DNA of 64,000 nucleotides from Nitrospirales bacterium (GTDB lineage Bacteria; Nitrospirota; Nitrospiria; Nitrospirales; UBA8639): NCBI GenBank assembly GCA_965203295.1, contig CBDBCZ010000013.1, positions 32,001 to 96,000 of the forward strand, read 5' to 3'. Shown piece by piece: positions 20,012 to 32,237 of this stretch (position 1 is its first letter; each line of letters starts with the position of its first letter). The notes under the pieces were generated by a model. It saw only the letters and a program-made list of their open reading frames with translations, ran no database searches and was not told where the DNA came from. The position numbers and the translations under genes were made by a program.

Positions 20012-20294
20012 TTAACCCCTGTCGTCGTAGAGGGGGCTGCAATGAGAAAAAAGGCAGACATACATCAACATGACATTCATGCATGAGAATTATCATAATA
20101 TAAGCTTACCAACGACGGCATTGATCGAAGTCATTGTATCGATAGCTAGCACCCACAACGGCACAGCAGTCAGCTACTTGTATACCCTCATAGGATGAAC
20201 CCGTACATCCATATGTTACATAACAAGTAGCCGCATTCGCAGCGGTGGTTAAAAATCCGGCCACGAGTACGCACACCAAAATATATACTTTCAT
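20012..20294 (-). CDS. Small secreted cysteine-rich peptide (69 aa precursor), 2 exons
   Basis: Exon 20294-20110 (donor TG|GTAAGC) joined to exon 20036-20012 (acceptor TTGCAG) gives MKVYILVCVLVAGFLTTAANA-ATCYVTYGCTGSSYEGIQVADCCAVVGASYRYNDFDQCRRCPLYDDRG*. It has a hydrophobic signal peptide with an ANA cleavage site and six Cys in the mature part. Confidence 0.8.
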
Positions 20295-20597
20295 CTTTGC
20301 CGTCGCGGATCGTAGCTACGATGTGAGTCGGTTGCTGCTGAAGTTTCGACGTCCGCTTTTCGTTTGGAGGCAGCTCGCTACCGTAAGCGAGGACACAGAC
20401 TTCAGGGCAGGCCTTTTCCAGGAAATATAATAGACCTTTTCCTTCTTCATGCACAGCCTGTCAAGAAATGCCCGTTTGTGCACGGACTGAGCTGATTAAT
20501 TAAGGCAGTTTTTAATTGAATTTCCTGGAGCTGTAAACCCTCATTAGATTGGTTAACCTTATTAGTGGCGGTCTTGAATCTTGTGCAAATAAAGACT

Positions 20598-20820
20598 GGT
20601 GAGACTGTGTACTACACTACCTGTATAGGTGGTGAGACTGTGTACTACACTACCTGTATAGGTGGTGAGACTGTGTACTACACTACCTGCATATGTGGTG
20701 AGACTGCATTTGTACTACACTACCTGCACATGTGGTGAGACTGTGCATGTACTATACACTACCTGTATATATACGTAGGTGGTGAGACACAATATACATT
20801 CTGCCTGTATGTGGTGGTAC
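20598..20820. repeat. ~33-bp minisatellite (GGTGGTGAGACTGTGTACTACACTACCTGTATA)
   Basis: About six copies, progressively degenerate. Confidence 0.85.
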
Positions 20821-22016
20821 ACTATATACTACACTACCTGAAGGTTTAATGGTACTGTACGCATAGGAAGAGTAGTATATAAATGTCACGCCTTTGTGGC
20901 TTTCTGGGATGGTGAGACTACACTACATGTACATACATGTATATTATATTACATACATGTAGGTGGTGAGACAGTATACACTAGCGTATAGCTAGCTACC
21001 TGTAGAAATTAAAAAAGCAAAGAGCTAATAACTATAACAGTACTAGCTTAATTGAACACATATAGTCATGCATGCAGGCAAGACCACCTGGCTTGGCCAG
21101 CCCACAAGACTAAATCTATCGCCCATTAACGTTGTTGGTTAGCTTACCACAGCTCAATCAGCAAGCAATTCAATTTTGTGCATGATTCGAAATACACACT
21201 ATTATTATACGTAATTGTGTCTCGGTACATTGAGGATCAATACTGGACATTGTATGGACGCTTCTCTAACTAGCTACATGTTACAGATATAATTATGTGT
21301 TCAAAGCTGCAGCTCAGAATTCTGGCTATAAATGCAATTGTACCGCAAATAGGCTTTGTCTTACCTTGTGGAGTATATATAGCTACTTAGACCCATAATG
21401 AAGTACAGAGTTTATTACCCAGCAATATAGCCGATAGCGTATATAGTGGGTAGAGCACTCAACTCCGGGCTGTGAGCTTATGTGTTCAAGTGGTGGCTGG
21501 TTGTCACATGGCCCAGGGTTCCGTTGGGGATATGATTCGAGGGTTGTCCATTTTTTTAACGTGTAGATCTAACATGTTACATTGCAATTGCTAAACTTAA
21601 ACGGCGAATGTAGTGCATGGTAGCGGTGCATGGGGTGAAGTCTTAGAGGCTGCAGCCTAGCTTCTCTCTGTTAGGCAGTGTGAGCACAGCGTCTAGCCAT
21701 AGATATTAGAGAGTACATGTGAAGATGGTTTTCACCGTCGAATCCTGACTCATTCATCTGGAATACGGATTCTAAGGGAAGTGTATATACTAGGTATCCA
21801 TTGTCATTCGTTAAAGCCGAGTCCTTCGTAATTTTAGCTGCAGTCTTACTTTCATGGATGCACTCTGCAAAATTTTAGCAACCAAGCTTGGTTACCTCAT
21901 GCAGTTGGAATTCAAGGGTATAATCACCTTATCTTCCATATAAAGGCACAGCCAGAAAGCTATATGTATGGCCACATAGTAGGAAGCCAGTCACTTGCAG
22001 GAAACATAACCTTTAA

Positions 22017-22990
<974 letters not shown>

Positions 22991-23060
22991 TTAACATGTT
23001 CCCATGTTACAGTAGCAACTTAGACATCTTGTTATTTCTGCCACTATACATGAGTGAATC

Positions 23061-23608
23061 GCCAGCTTGTACCCTTCACTCACCACACAGCTAGTTGCTG
23101 GAATAACAAGTGGACTTTGCTACATGGGAAACTACATGTCATTGGTTATGTGCCAGCATGTACCCTTCACTCACCCACACAGCTAGTTGCTGGAATAACA
23201 AGTGGACTTTGCTACATGGGAAACTACATGTCATTGGTTATGTGCCAGCTTGTACCCTTCACTCACCACACAGCTAGTTGCTGGAATAACAAGTGGACTT
23301 TGCTACATGGGAAACTACATGTCATTGGTTATGTGCCAGCATGTACCCTTCACTCACTGCACAGCTAGTTGCTGGAATAACAAGTGGACTTTGCTACATG
23401 GGAAACTACATGTCATTGGTTATGTGCCAGCATGTACCCTTCACTCACCCACACAGCTAGTTGCTGGAATAACAAGTGGAGTTTGCTACATGGGAAACTA
23501 CATGTCATTGGTTATGTGCCAGCTTGTACCCTTCACTCACCACACAGCTAGTTGCTGGAATAACAAGTGGACTTTGCTACATGGGAAACTACATGTCATT
23601 GGTTATGT
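23061..23608. repeat. 91-92-bp tandem array, 6 copies
   Basis: GCCAGC(T/A)TGTACCCTTCACTCACCACACAGCTAGTTGCTGGAATAACAAGTGGACTTTGCTACATGGGAAACTACATGTCATTGGTTATGT repeated. Confidence 0.97.
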
Positions 23609-24912
23609 TTCCTGTGACTGGCTTCCTATGGTAAAACTGTGTGCCTATGCATACAGGCTTAGCCTCTTTCCCAGGCTCCACCCCCCAGCTTTTAACCCCA
23701 AAGCTGGGGGGGGGGGGGGGGTGGAGCCTGGGAATGAGGCTATGCAGTATGCAGGCTAGCTTTGTGGGGGTGTCTTTATATGAAATATGAGGTGAATGAC
23801 CCTTGAACTGCAACTGAGGCAACCATGCAAGGTTGGTTAATTAAAACAGCCCTACACAGTGACGCCCATGCAGACAACATTTATTAGCTACGTGCAGCTC
23901 TGACTCTACCTCCGGAGATATAAGCTGCGGAGGCCCGCTACTAGACTAACTATCGGAATTACACTCTATACTTTACTCATTCAGAGCAGAGGTATAAGCG
24001 TTTTGCATATAGTATCACATGTCAAAAAATCACTTAATGATGTGACCTATAGCTACCTTCTTTGGGGGCTACAATTACCACGATTAAAAGTAAAGCACCA
24101 TATATGGAATTCATGCACTTGCACTGGGCAGGTGCAGATGCATGCCATGCATATGGTTTCTTTATTACCAGTTTAGGAAGAATAGGGTGATATATTGGAC
24201 TAGTTTGTCCAGATTCCCTCTTTTGACCATAATTATATAGGCCTTCGTTTGAGAGCTACATAAGGTCAGAGATGGTGGAGGTATGAGACCCTGTATAGAG
24301 CAATGTGGTGGTGTGTTAAAATTGGGATACAAGTGGGTGGTTTGTTGTTACATCAACCAGTGTTAATAGCTACTTTTCTCTCAGGACACCAGGTGGTTGG
24401 CTAATTCTCTAGACATAATGTGGTATTGCAGAAGCTATAGGTTTTGAATATTATAGCCAGTATCATTAGCCACCCAAAATCATGGCAAATGTGTAGAGTT
24501 AGCTATACTGCATGCAAGTTGCTCTGAAATTATATGCCACCACTATAATAGGACTGCAGTACGTACACAGTTTTTGTGAGCCACTCTACCTACGTATTGC
24601 TCCAGTTAGACTATTCATGGCTAAGGAACTCGACACAGGAGAGTGCACAAGAGTAAATGATATGGACTTGCCTCTAATTCAATGAAGAATCCTATTTTGT
24701 ATTCAATCTCTGAAGTAAACAGTTTAGGAATGCTGAATTTCTGCATAGAATATAGTTGTAAAGGGAACCTGAAATGTCAATATCGTATGCAGTTGGCAGC
24801 TGGTGCTATAGCATTTAATGTACATTACCATGGCAACCACTTTTTCCCACGCTTATAACACTCAAAGAAGGCCATATACAGAGATCATTGCTATACCAAT
24901 GTACATTAAATC

Positions 24913-24998
24913 AGTTAAAGGTCAGTTTGGGTGAGGGGTTAAAATCCTCGGCTTCGCCTCGGACTTTAAATTCCCCTCACCCAAACTGACCTTTAACT
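24913..24998. repeat. Near-perfect hairpin with a CTCGGCTTCGCCTCG core
   Basis: AGTTAAAGGTCAGTTTGGGTGAGGGG pairs with CCCCTCACCCAAACTGACCTTTAACT. Confidence 0.9.
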
Positions 24999-25349
24999 AT
25001 TACTTACATAAGTCCACATAAATTACAAATTTGGGGGAAAACATAGAGGTGTGACTGCAAGAAAAAACCAAACTTTATATAGGAAGGTCAGCTATTATTG
25101 AAATTCTGTAGTTAGGTCATAAAGCCTATCTATGGTTAGGTCAACTCATAGCCTCGTTTCTAGGCTCTTGTGCAAGAACTTGGGAATGAGGTAGTCAGCT
25201 CACTATACTGATAGAGCTATATATGTATAGCTTATGTCATATCCAACTCAGAGGTTGGCGCTTAATATAGGCAAATCAGGAATATGAACATTTATAGGTA
25301 ATTTAGATACTTCTGCTTGAAGCATTGTTACAGTAGCTGCATTAGCTGG

Positions 25350-25356
25350 TATAAAA
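25350..25356 (+). promoter_or_regulatory. TATA box of the ADAM gene
   Basis: TATAAAA about 70 bp upstream of the ATG at 25422. Confidence 0.55.
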
Positions 25357-25421
25357 GAGCTCACCATTCAATAGCTATACACTACAGAGGAAGTTTAACT
25401 ACTGTCTACGGAGCCGGCAAA

Positions 25422-28400
25422 ATGAAGCATTCTGCATTTCTACTTGCGCTGGTTTGCGCAGCAGCCGCAGTAGCGGTAGGAAAAGCACCATTTCGAAGCC
25501 AGCGATCACCTGCAGGTAATAAAGGTTTGCTGCAGCTAGTTATTCCGTACTCTTTGATAGTGGAGTAGAAGTATATACTGTATGCATGTCTTTGAAATAC
25601 AGCCTGAATCTATCTGTGTGATTTAATCATTGCAGCTGTTTCAATTTGCAGATACCATTTCAAACTATGATGTTGTGTCACCTATCGTCACTCACAAGGA
25701 GGGGAATGGGGTATGTTTTACTTTAGCATAAACTCTTAATTGTACTGTTTACGTATAGCACTCGTAATTAGTATAGTAGCATTCGTAATTAGCATTGTAT
25801 TCCACAGCGTCATCCCCACAAGCTGGAAATCAAGATATCAGTAGCTGATGAGACTATCAAGCTAAACCTGGAGATGAACGTGTAAGTTAGTAATAACATC
25901 AGAATTCTGCAGTTCTTACAAGTACTCTCCATTACAGTTCTGAGTAGCACAATGCAGCGTGGTTTAAAAGTATATGATTCCTATATAGTATCCTTCCCTT
26001 CCTCTTGCAGTGATCTGATTGCTCCACATTTCAAATCGACACATTACGATAATGCAGGACGAAAAATCTTGACCAAGGTATGTTTTTTATACTATGGTAT
26101 GCATTACAGCAGTATAGGTTTGCAGTGAGTGACTGTGCTTCATAATCAAGTGTGTCAACGTTAACTGCTCGATGTAAAGTATATGTTGCTGTCATCTTTA
26201 CCTACGCTGTAGGATTTTGAAAACTGCTACTACCATGGAGCAGTGGAAGGACATCCGGAGTGGATTGTTACCATGAGTACCTGCCAGGGTCTGCAGTAAG
26301 TGAATAAAATATAATAGTGCACTATATATATAGTACCAATATTTCATAAGTTTGGGGCACTTTAGAGGCCTCTTGCTTGCTTGGTGTACCGAAATAGCCT
26401 GCATTATAATGAATGCGTGACATTGGTGTAAAAAATAGTTGCTTTAAAGATTGACAATTCTCACAGGGGGTCTTTTGGAGATATCAAAGACAAAGAGAAT
26501 TTCTACCAATTGGAGCCATTCAACAACAATGATACTTCAGTTAGTCATCCAATTGTGTCATTTTATATTCAGTATAACATATAGACACGACTGATTTGAC
26601 ACTTTAGCTGGAGCAGCTCCACGCTCTCTACCTGACCTCAGAGTATCAGGACCATGAAAGCCACTGTGGTATTAAATCATGTTTTATACATGCCTATATG
26701 CATGCCATGGCCTTCATTATAGCGCGTGCTGCATGAGCAAGTCTGAGTGTGGTTCTTTACTGCATGCAGGGACTAGTCACAACCATGATAAGCACAACGC
26801 TGTGGATTGGTCTCGTTTGCATGGAGTAAACACGACAGAGGTTCGTTACACTATGTAGTATGGTGTGGAAGACTAAAATACACGCCTGCATGATGCTGTT
26901 TTAATTTTTTTTTTTAAATTTATGCACTGTAGCTTTGTGTTCGTCGACAATCCAGCACAACACAATATCTTGAGTTGGCGGTAGTCAATGACTTTGCACA
27001 GGTTAGTGAACTGCTATATAGAACTGTGTGTATATGTGTGTATGTTTAATATGTATAATTAAATATGTACCCCAGTGTAACTTATCTATCTCCTTACAGT
27101 TCAATGTACATAATCAAGACCTTGCAAGCACAGTACGAAGAGCACTTGACCTGGTAAACATGGCTGATAATGTAAGTCTGCTACATGTATGATCCCACTA
27201 TATTTCATGCACACTAACGCAGTTTTAATGGACCAATTACATATTACTGGTACTATCTCTCCCACAGTTATTCCGTTCACTCAATATTCGTATCATACTG
27301 GTGGATGCTATTACATGGACCAATGGTGACCATATTTCTATTTCAACCAACCCTGAAGTATTATTGGATCGCTTTGTGGACTACAAACCACGAATTACAT
27401 CCCAACATGATGCTGCCATGCTGATTACGTAAGTCTTAAATTCACCATCAGGAGAAAGCAGCTTTAAGTCTCTCTACTCCAATAATTTTTTTGTCATGTG
27501 CAAGTAATAAGACTTTGCCAATGTATTTAATTTTACTGTGGTACTATATACTGATGATCTTATACAGTGGCATAGACATTGCTGGATCTACTGTGGGATT
27601 GGCCTTTATCAATGCAATATGCGGTAAACATGGCGTCGGGCTAACTCAGGACACTCGCCGTCCTGTGGATTCTGTGGGCGAAACCATGGCTCATGAACTA
27701 GGACATCTATTTGGAATGAATCATGATGATGGAAGTAAGTGTACAGTGTTTGCATATATGTGCCAATGGAACAGCTATAAATACTTAAATTCATGCAGTG
27801 TGGCATGTACTTCACTATGTGGTCATATTAATCTCGAAGTTCATTCTGTTCTTTTCTTGAGTTGGTTGCGAAATACTCCATACTGCATGTGTTTTCTTGC
27901 ACAGGATCGTGTAGCTGTAAAGGCCGGTGCATCATGGCTGCAGTTTCTAGTTTTTCTCCTGCAACAGCTTGGAGCTCATGTAGCAGAAGCGATCTGAATA
28001 ACGGACTGTTTGGATCCAACAATCTCCAACGGTGTCTCGGAAATGCACCAACAGTAACTGTAGGAGACCCTGTGTGTGGGAATGGCATCCAAGAGGAAGG
28101 GGAAGCGTGTGACTGTGGCAGGCCAGAGGTTAGCTTGTGTAAAACGTCTTCTCGAGTTGGTGAAAATGACGATGCTGGGTTCTCCACACAGGAATGTACT
28201 GATCCCTGCTGCAATGCTAGGACATGTCAGCTGGCTGATGGTGCCGAGTGTGGCGCAGGCCCCTGCTGCCATTCCAACTGTCAGTTTAAGTCATACGGCA
28301 CCACCTGCAGAGCAGCCAGTGGGCAGTGTGATATTGAAGAGTACTGTTTGGGAGACAGTTAAGAGTGCCCAGTAGATACCGGTCTACAGGATGGAACTCC

Positions 28401-30852
28401 CTGCAACAGTGACACTGCCTACTGCTATGACGAAGTGTGTCAGACTTATGATGAACAATGCTACTTGCACTTTGGTATGATTGTATATATGCCGTGTGTA
28501 GCGTACATATACATGCTTGCATGTGTAAAGATTTCTTCAATTATTTCTTTCTGTGCAGCTACTACGAAGGGAGCTGATGGATGTTACTCAGCGTACAATA
28601 CACGAGGAGACCAGTTTGGCAACTGTGGGCATACAGCTTCAGGATTTATTCCCTGCTCTCAAAGGTGTGTGATTGCATGCAAAGGACGTTTGCATATGCA
28701 CACATACATAATTTAACACTAACTCTCTCCCATTATAGTGATGTCCAATGTGGCCAGCTGCACTGTGTTGTTGGAGACTACCAGCAAACTGCAGACGTCT
28801 CAGTGAGAATCGGCACAGTTTCTGTTTATAATCCTTCAACACGAAGTTTTGACCGATGCCGGTAAGCCAATAAATGCAAAATGATTGGGTCTATACCTAG
28901 CCATTTGTGGCCTCTTCTATTACTCTCATAGCTCATTCACAAGTTTGCCTGGCTCAGATGAGATGAGTCCTGGTCTGGTACAAGATGGAACAAAGTGTGG
29001 GAATGATAAGGTATGTCCTCACATGATGTGCTTGCATGTGGTGGCTAAAGGCATGTCAGGAGTGCATAATTCTACACATTATTATAAATATGCCTCATCT
29101 ATGGATGTATGCATAGTAATCTGTAGTGCAGAGACAAATGTTTATTTCGTGAAATTTCTCCTTCAGTTGTGCCTCCACCAGCGCTGTGTTTCCAGGTCAT
29201 ATCTCAATGTACCGGCCTGCCCTACAGGGAGCGATGGATTGATCTGTTCTGGAAATGGGGTATGTAGCACATTTATCCTGTCATCAGCGTGTTCTCTAGT
29301 ATTTGCAACATGCATGTGTGTCTCTCTCTTAATGCAGCAATGTAACACCAAAGGACAGTGTTCTTGTGATGTAGGGTTTGTCGGAAGCGCTTGCCAGAGT
29401 ACACCTTCAGGACCAGGTGTGTGTCTACAAGTTTTTGCTTATTAATAGTGACTCACTTATTGTCTTATCTGCTCTAGATGCTAATAAATGCAATGCAAAC
29501 AATGGGGGCTGTGCACAGATATGTACCAACGCACCAGGATTACGAGTGTGTAGTTGTAGAGATGGATTTACCTTGGCTAGTGATGGAAGAAATTGTCAAG
29601 GTTGGAAATACTAGTAATCACTGCTATAGCTACATTATATACTTTAAATTTAAATATCATATACACTTCTTCTTCTAGAGCATCTCACTGTTAGCATAAC
29701 TGTTAACTACATCCGTCCTGCTGACTTCAATGGTGGTCCCAATGAGTACAGGGAAGGCTCTGGTCCCGTGACTGTCACCTGCACAGCCACAGGGCTGGGA
29801 ACTGGGGCTATCAGTTACCGGTGGTCATCCACCTGTAAGAGTTGTCCCTTCCAGTCTGCAACAACGAGGTCAATCAGACGAGCTGCAGTTCACTTCAGTG
29901 ACACTGGTACCCACACTTGTGAGGCCACTCGAAATGGAATCACTGCTAGTGCAAGTATTAACTTTCAAGTTGTAGGTAAGTTACTGTCTAAACTCCTTAC
30001 ACCTGTATACTGATGAAAGTAGCAGTCTTTACTATTTTCTCAATTATATAGATTCTGGAATACAGCTCTTCAGAGTCAGTAGTCTCACAAACAATGGTCT
30101 TGCTATTTCTGAAAATCCTGAAAGTGGATTTCGTCTTTACATCGTTTGCCGTTCCGATTCAACGTCTGGAAATGTTGGGCAGTTTATTGGACTGAACGGG
30201 AATATTCTCACTAGCAATAGCTTCTTTGCCGTAACCAGTCCACAACCTGGTGAAATAGCAGTAGAGAACATTATTGGCTCACACAGTGAGCTAATAGCCA
30301 GCCAGCAGGGTGTGTACACCTGCCGCATACCTTTTCAAGGTGGTGAAATGAGGGAGATCAATATTGGAGTATACCCCAATGGATTTAATAGTGAGTACCC
30401 TTAGCTATATCTGCGATGTGTACGTAGATAGTCTGCAATTGGTGATGCATGCTTGACTAATTGTAAAATGGATTCCTGATGTACATATCCAGACTGTCTA
30501 TGGGACGGTCACTTGAATTTCGTCATTAATTTTTCTTTCTTCAGCTCGACCTAGGATTGCATCAATGACCTTGCGGGAAACGTCAAGCTCATCCTTCACC
30601 CTTACCTGCACTTCCACTGGTTCCCCTGCCACCTCTGTGACCTGGAGGAGGGATGGACAGTTACTGACCATTGTTGGAAACACCTTTGAAATGATGCAGA
30701 TGGTGACTAACAGGGCTGAATCTACATATGAGAATGTGCTCATTATTGATCAACCACGAGCCAATTTTGCAGGCAGCACCATTGGTTGCGAGGTTAAAAA
30801 CTTACTTGGAACTGCTACAGGTGTGTACCTCTCTCCTGGCAGAGATCAATAG
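25422..30852 (+). CDS. ADAM (M12B reprolysin) metalloprotease: signal, prodomain, protease, disintegrin, Cys-rich, EGF, EGF, Ig x3; ~23 exons; in-frame stop at 28360-28362 (possible pseudogene or null allele)
   Basis: Signal peptide MKHSAFLLALVCAAAAVAVG. Prodomain ENCYYHGAVEG...MSTCQGL with cysteine switch SHCG. Protease YLELAVVND, zinc motif HELGHLFGMNHD (~27692-27727) and Met-turn CIM. Disintegrin VCGNGIQEEGEACDCG...CRAASGQCDIEEYC. Cys-rich GDQFGNCG...DVQCGQLHC...GLVQDGTKCG. EGF exons at ~29167-29600. Ig-like exons at ~29679-29975, ~30052-30391 and ~30545-30852. Confidence 0.9.
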
Positions 30853-31609
30853 CTAGCTGAAGTCTCTTATTTGCATTTACGTGTCATTCCAACTTGAGTA
30901 GCAAATAAAATTACTGAAAAAAAGGAGTAAGTATATATATATGGCACATGCAGCTAGTCAAAATAGATGCAGTAAGTATAGCATGTTACGTGCAATGATT
31001 ATTAATATTCTTCTTTTTCTTTCCCTTTTCAGTAACTTCACGAATTTAATTCTCCCATTGAACAAACTCTAACCATTGTAATTTTTTGTAAGAATATTAA
31101 CATCACAAATTTAGGTCTTTCGTTGAACAAGCTAATAAGTATAGAAGTTTATTTTTTATATGCATGCAGTAAGTGTGATCCTAATCATTGTAATTTTTTT
31201 TAGTGAATATTTTTGGCAATAAAGTTATTATACTGTACTACATACTGATCCAGGTTATTACATTTTAGTCACATGATCATGACTTCCAGTTAGTCTCGCG
31301 GGCCAGACGATTTTTGTTTGATCGTTTGGCCCACAAGACTAACTTCCAGTGTGTTCATGTATATAGCTGACACACTTTAACTCACAATGGCTGTTCTGCC
31401 TGATACCATTGAAGTGAATTCTGCCTGCCCGCTCGAAACCACACAGGGCTGCTCCAACAACTTTTTTCTCCAACTTCGTAAACTTAGTATGCGCTCCTGG
31501 ACACTAGTACAGGTTGTTGCACAGAAGATGTGTAAACCCGCCCCTTTTAGTCAAGGGTGTGTTGCCTGTATCATGTTTGTGTAACCTTACAGGTATGTTC
31601 AAAAGCCAT

Positions 31610-32068
31610 TTTTGGCAACCTTGGGGTCAACAAAAATTGCCAAAAATGGAAATTTTTTGAATACCAATTGCCAATAAGTTTAGCTGAAGCACTCATAATT
31701 GCCACTTTTGGCAATAATAGATAGTGGTAAAATTGCCATTATTGGCAATATAGGGTGTTCTGTCCCCTATAGGAAGCTGAAGGCACATCATTGCCACTTT
31801 TGGCAATAATTGGTTGAGTTTAAATTGCCATTATTGGCAATATAGGGTGTTCTATTCCCTATAGGAAGCTGAAGCTCTTATTATTGCCACTTTTGGCAAT
31901 AATTGGTTGAGTTTAAATTGCCATTATTGGCAATATAGGGTGTTCATAATTGCACATAATTGCCACTTTTGGCAAAAAGTGGCAATTATGTGCCTTCAGC
32001 TTCCTATAGGGAATAGAACACCCTATATTGCCAATAATGGCAATTTAAACTCAACCAATTATTGCCAA
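31610..32068. repeat. TTGCCA/TGGCAA-rich ~98-bp tandem repeat with an internal inversion
   Basis: Repeated ATTGCCACTTTTGGCAATAAT...ATTGCCATTATTGGCAATATAGGGTGTTC; the orientation flips at ~31972. Confidence 0.85.
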
Positions 32069-32156
32069 ATACGTACGTGACGCGCATGCGCTTCTCTCGC
32101 TAGAGTACATGTATGTAGATGACGCAGGGCACGCGAGACTCTCTACCGCCGGATCA

Positions 32157-32166
32157 GATGACGTGT
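32157..32166 (+). promoter_or_regulatory. XBP1/UPRE-like element in the SDF2 promoter
   Basis: GATGACGTGT about 75 bp upstream of the ATG, inside a CpG-rich stretch that also contains GCGCATGCGC (NRF1-like, ~32082). Confidence 0.5.
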
Positions 32167-32237
32167 CAAGACGCCCCTCGCATGCCTCGAGCCCTTCCTT
32201 TCCGACTCTATACCTGACACGGCGACAAGATACAGGA

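Noticed and set aside
23054..23759. 104-aa and 185-aa ORFs and a CRISPR-like periodicity
   Set aside because: These are translations of a 91-bp tandem repeat with no unique spacers; the frame shifts between units.
32055..32075. ERSE (CCAAT-N9-CCACG) in the SDF2 promoter
   Set aside because: The second half reads ATACG, not CCACG, and the CCAAT belongs to a repeat.
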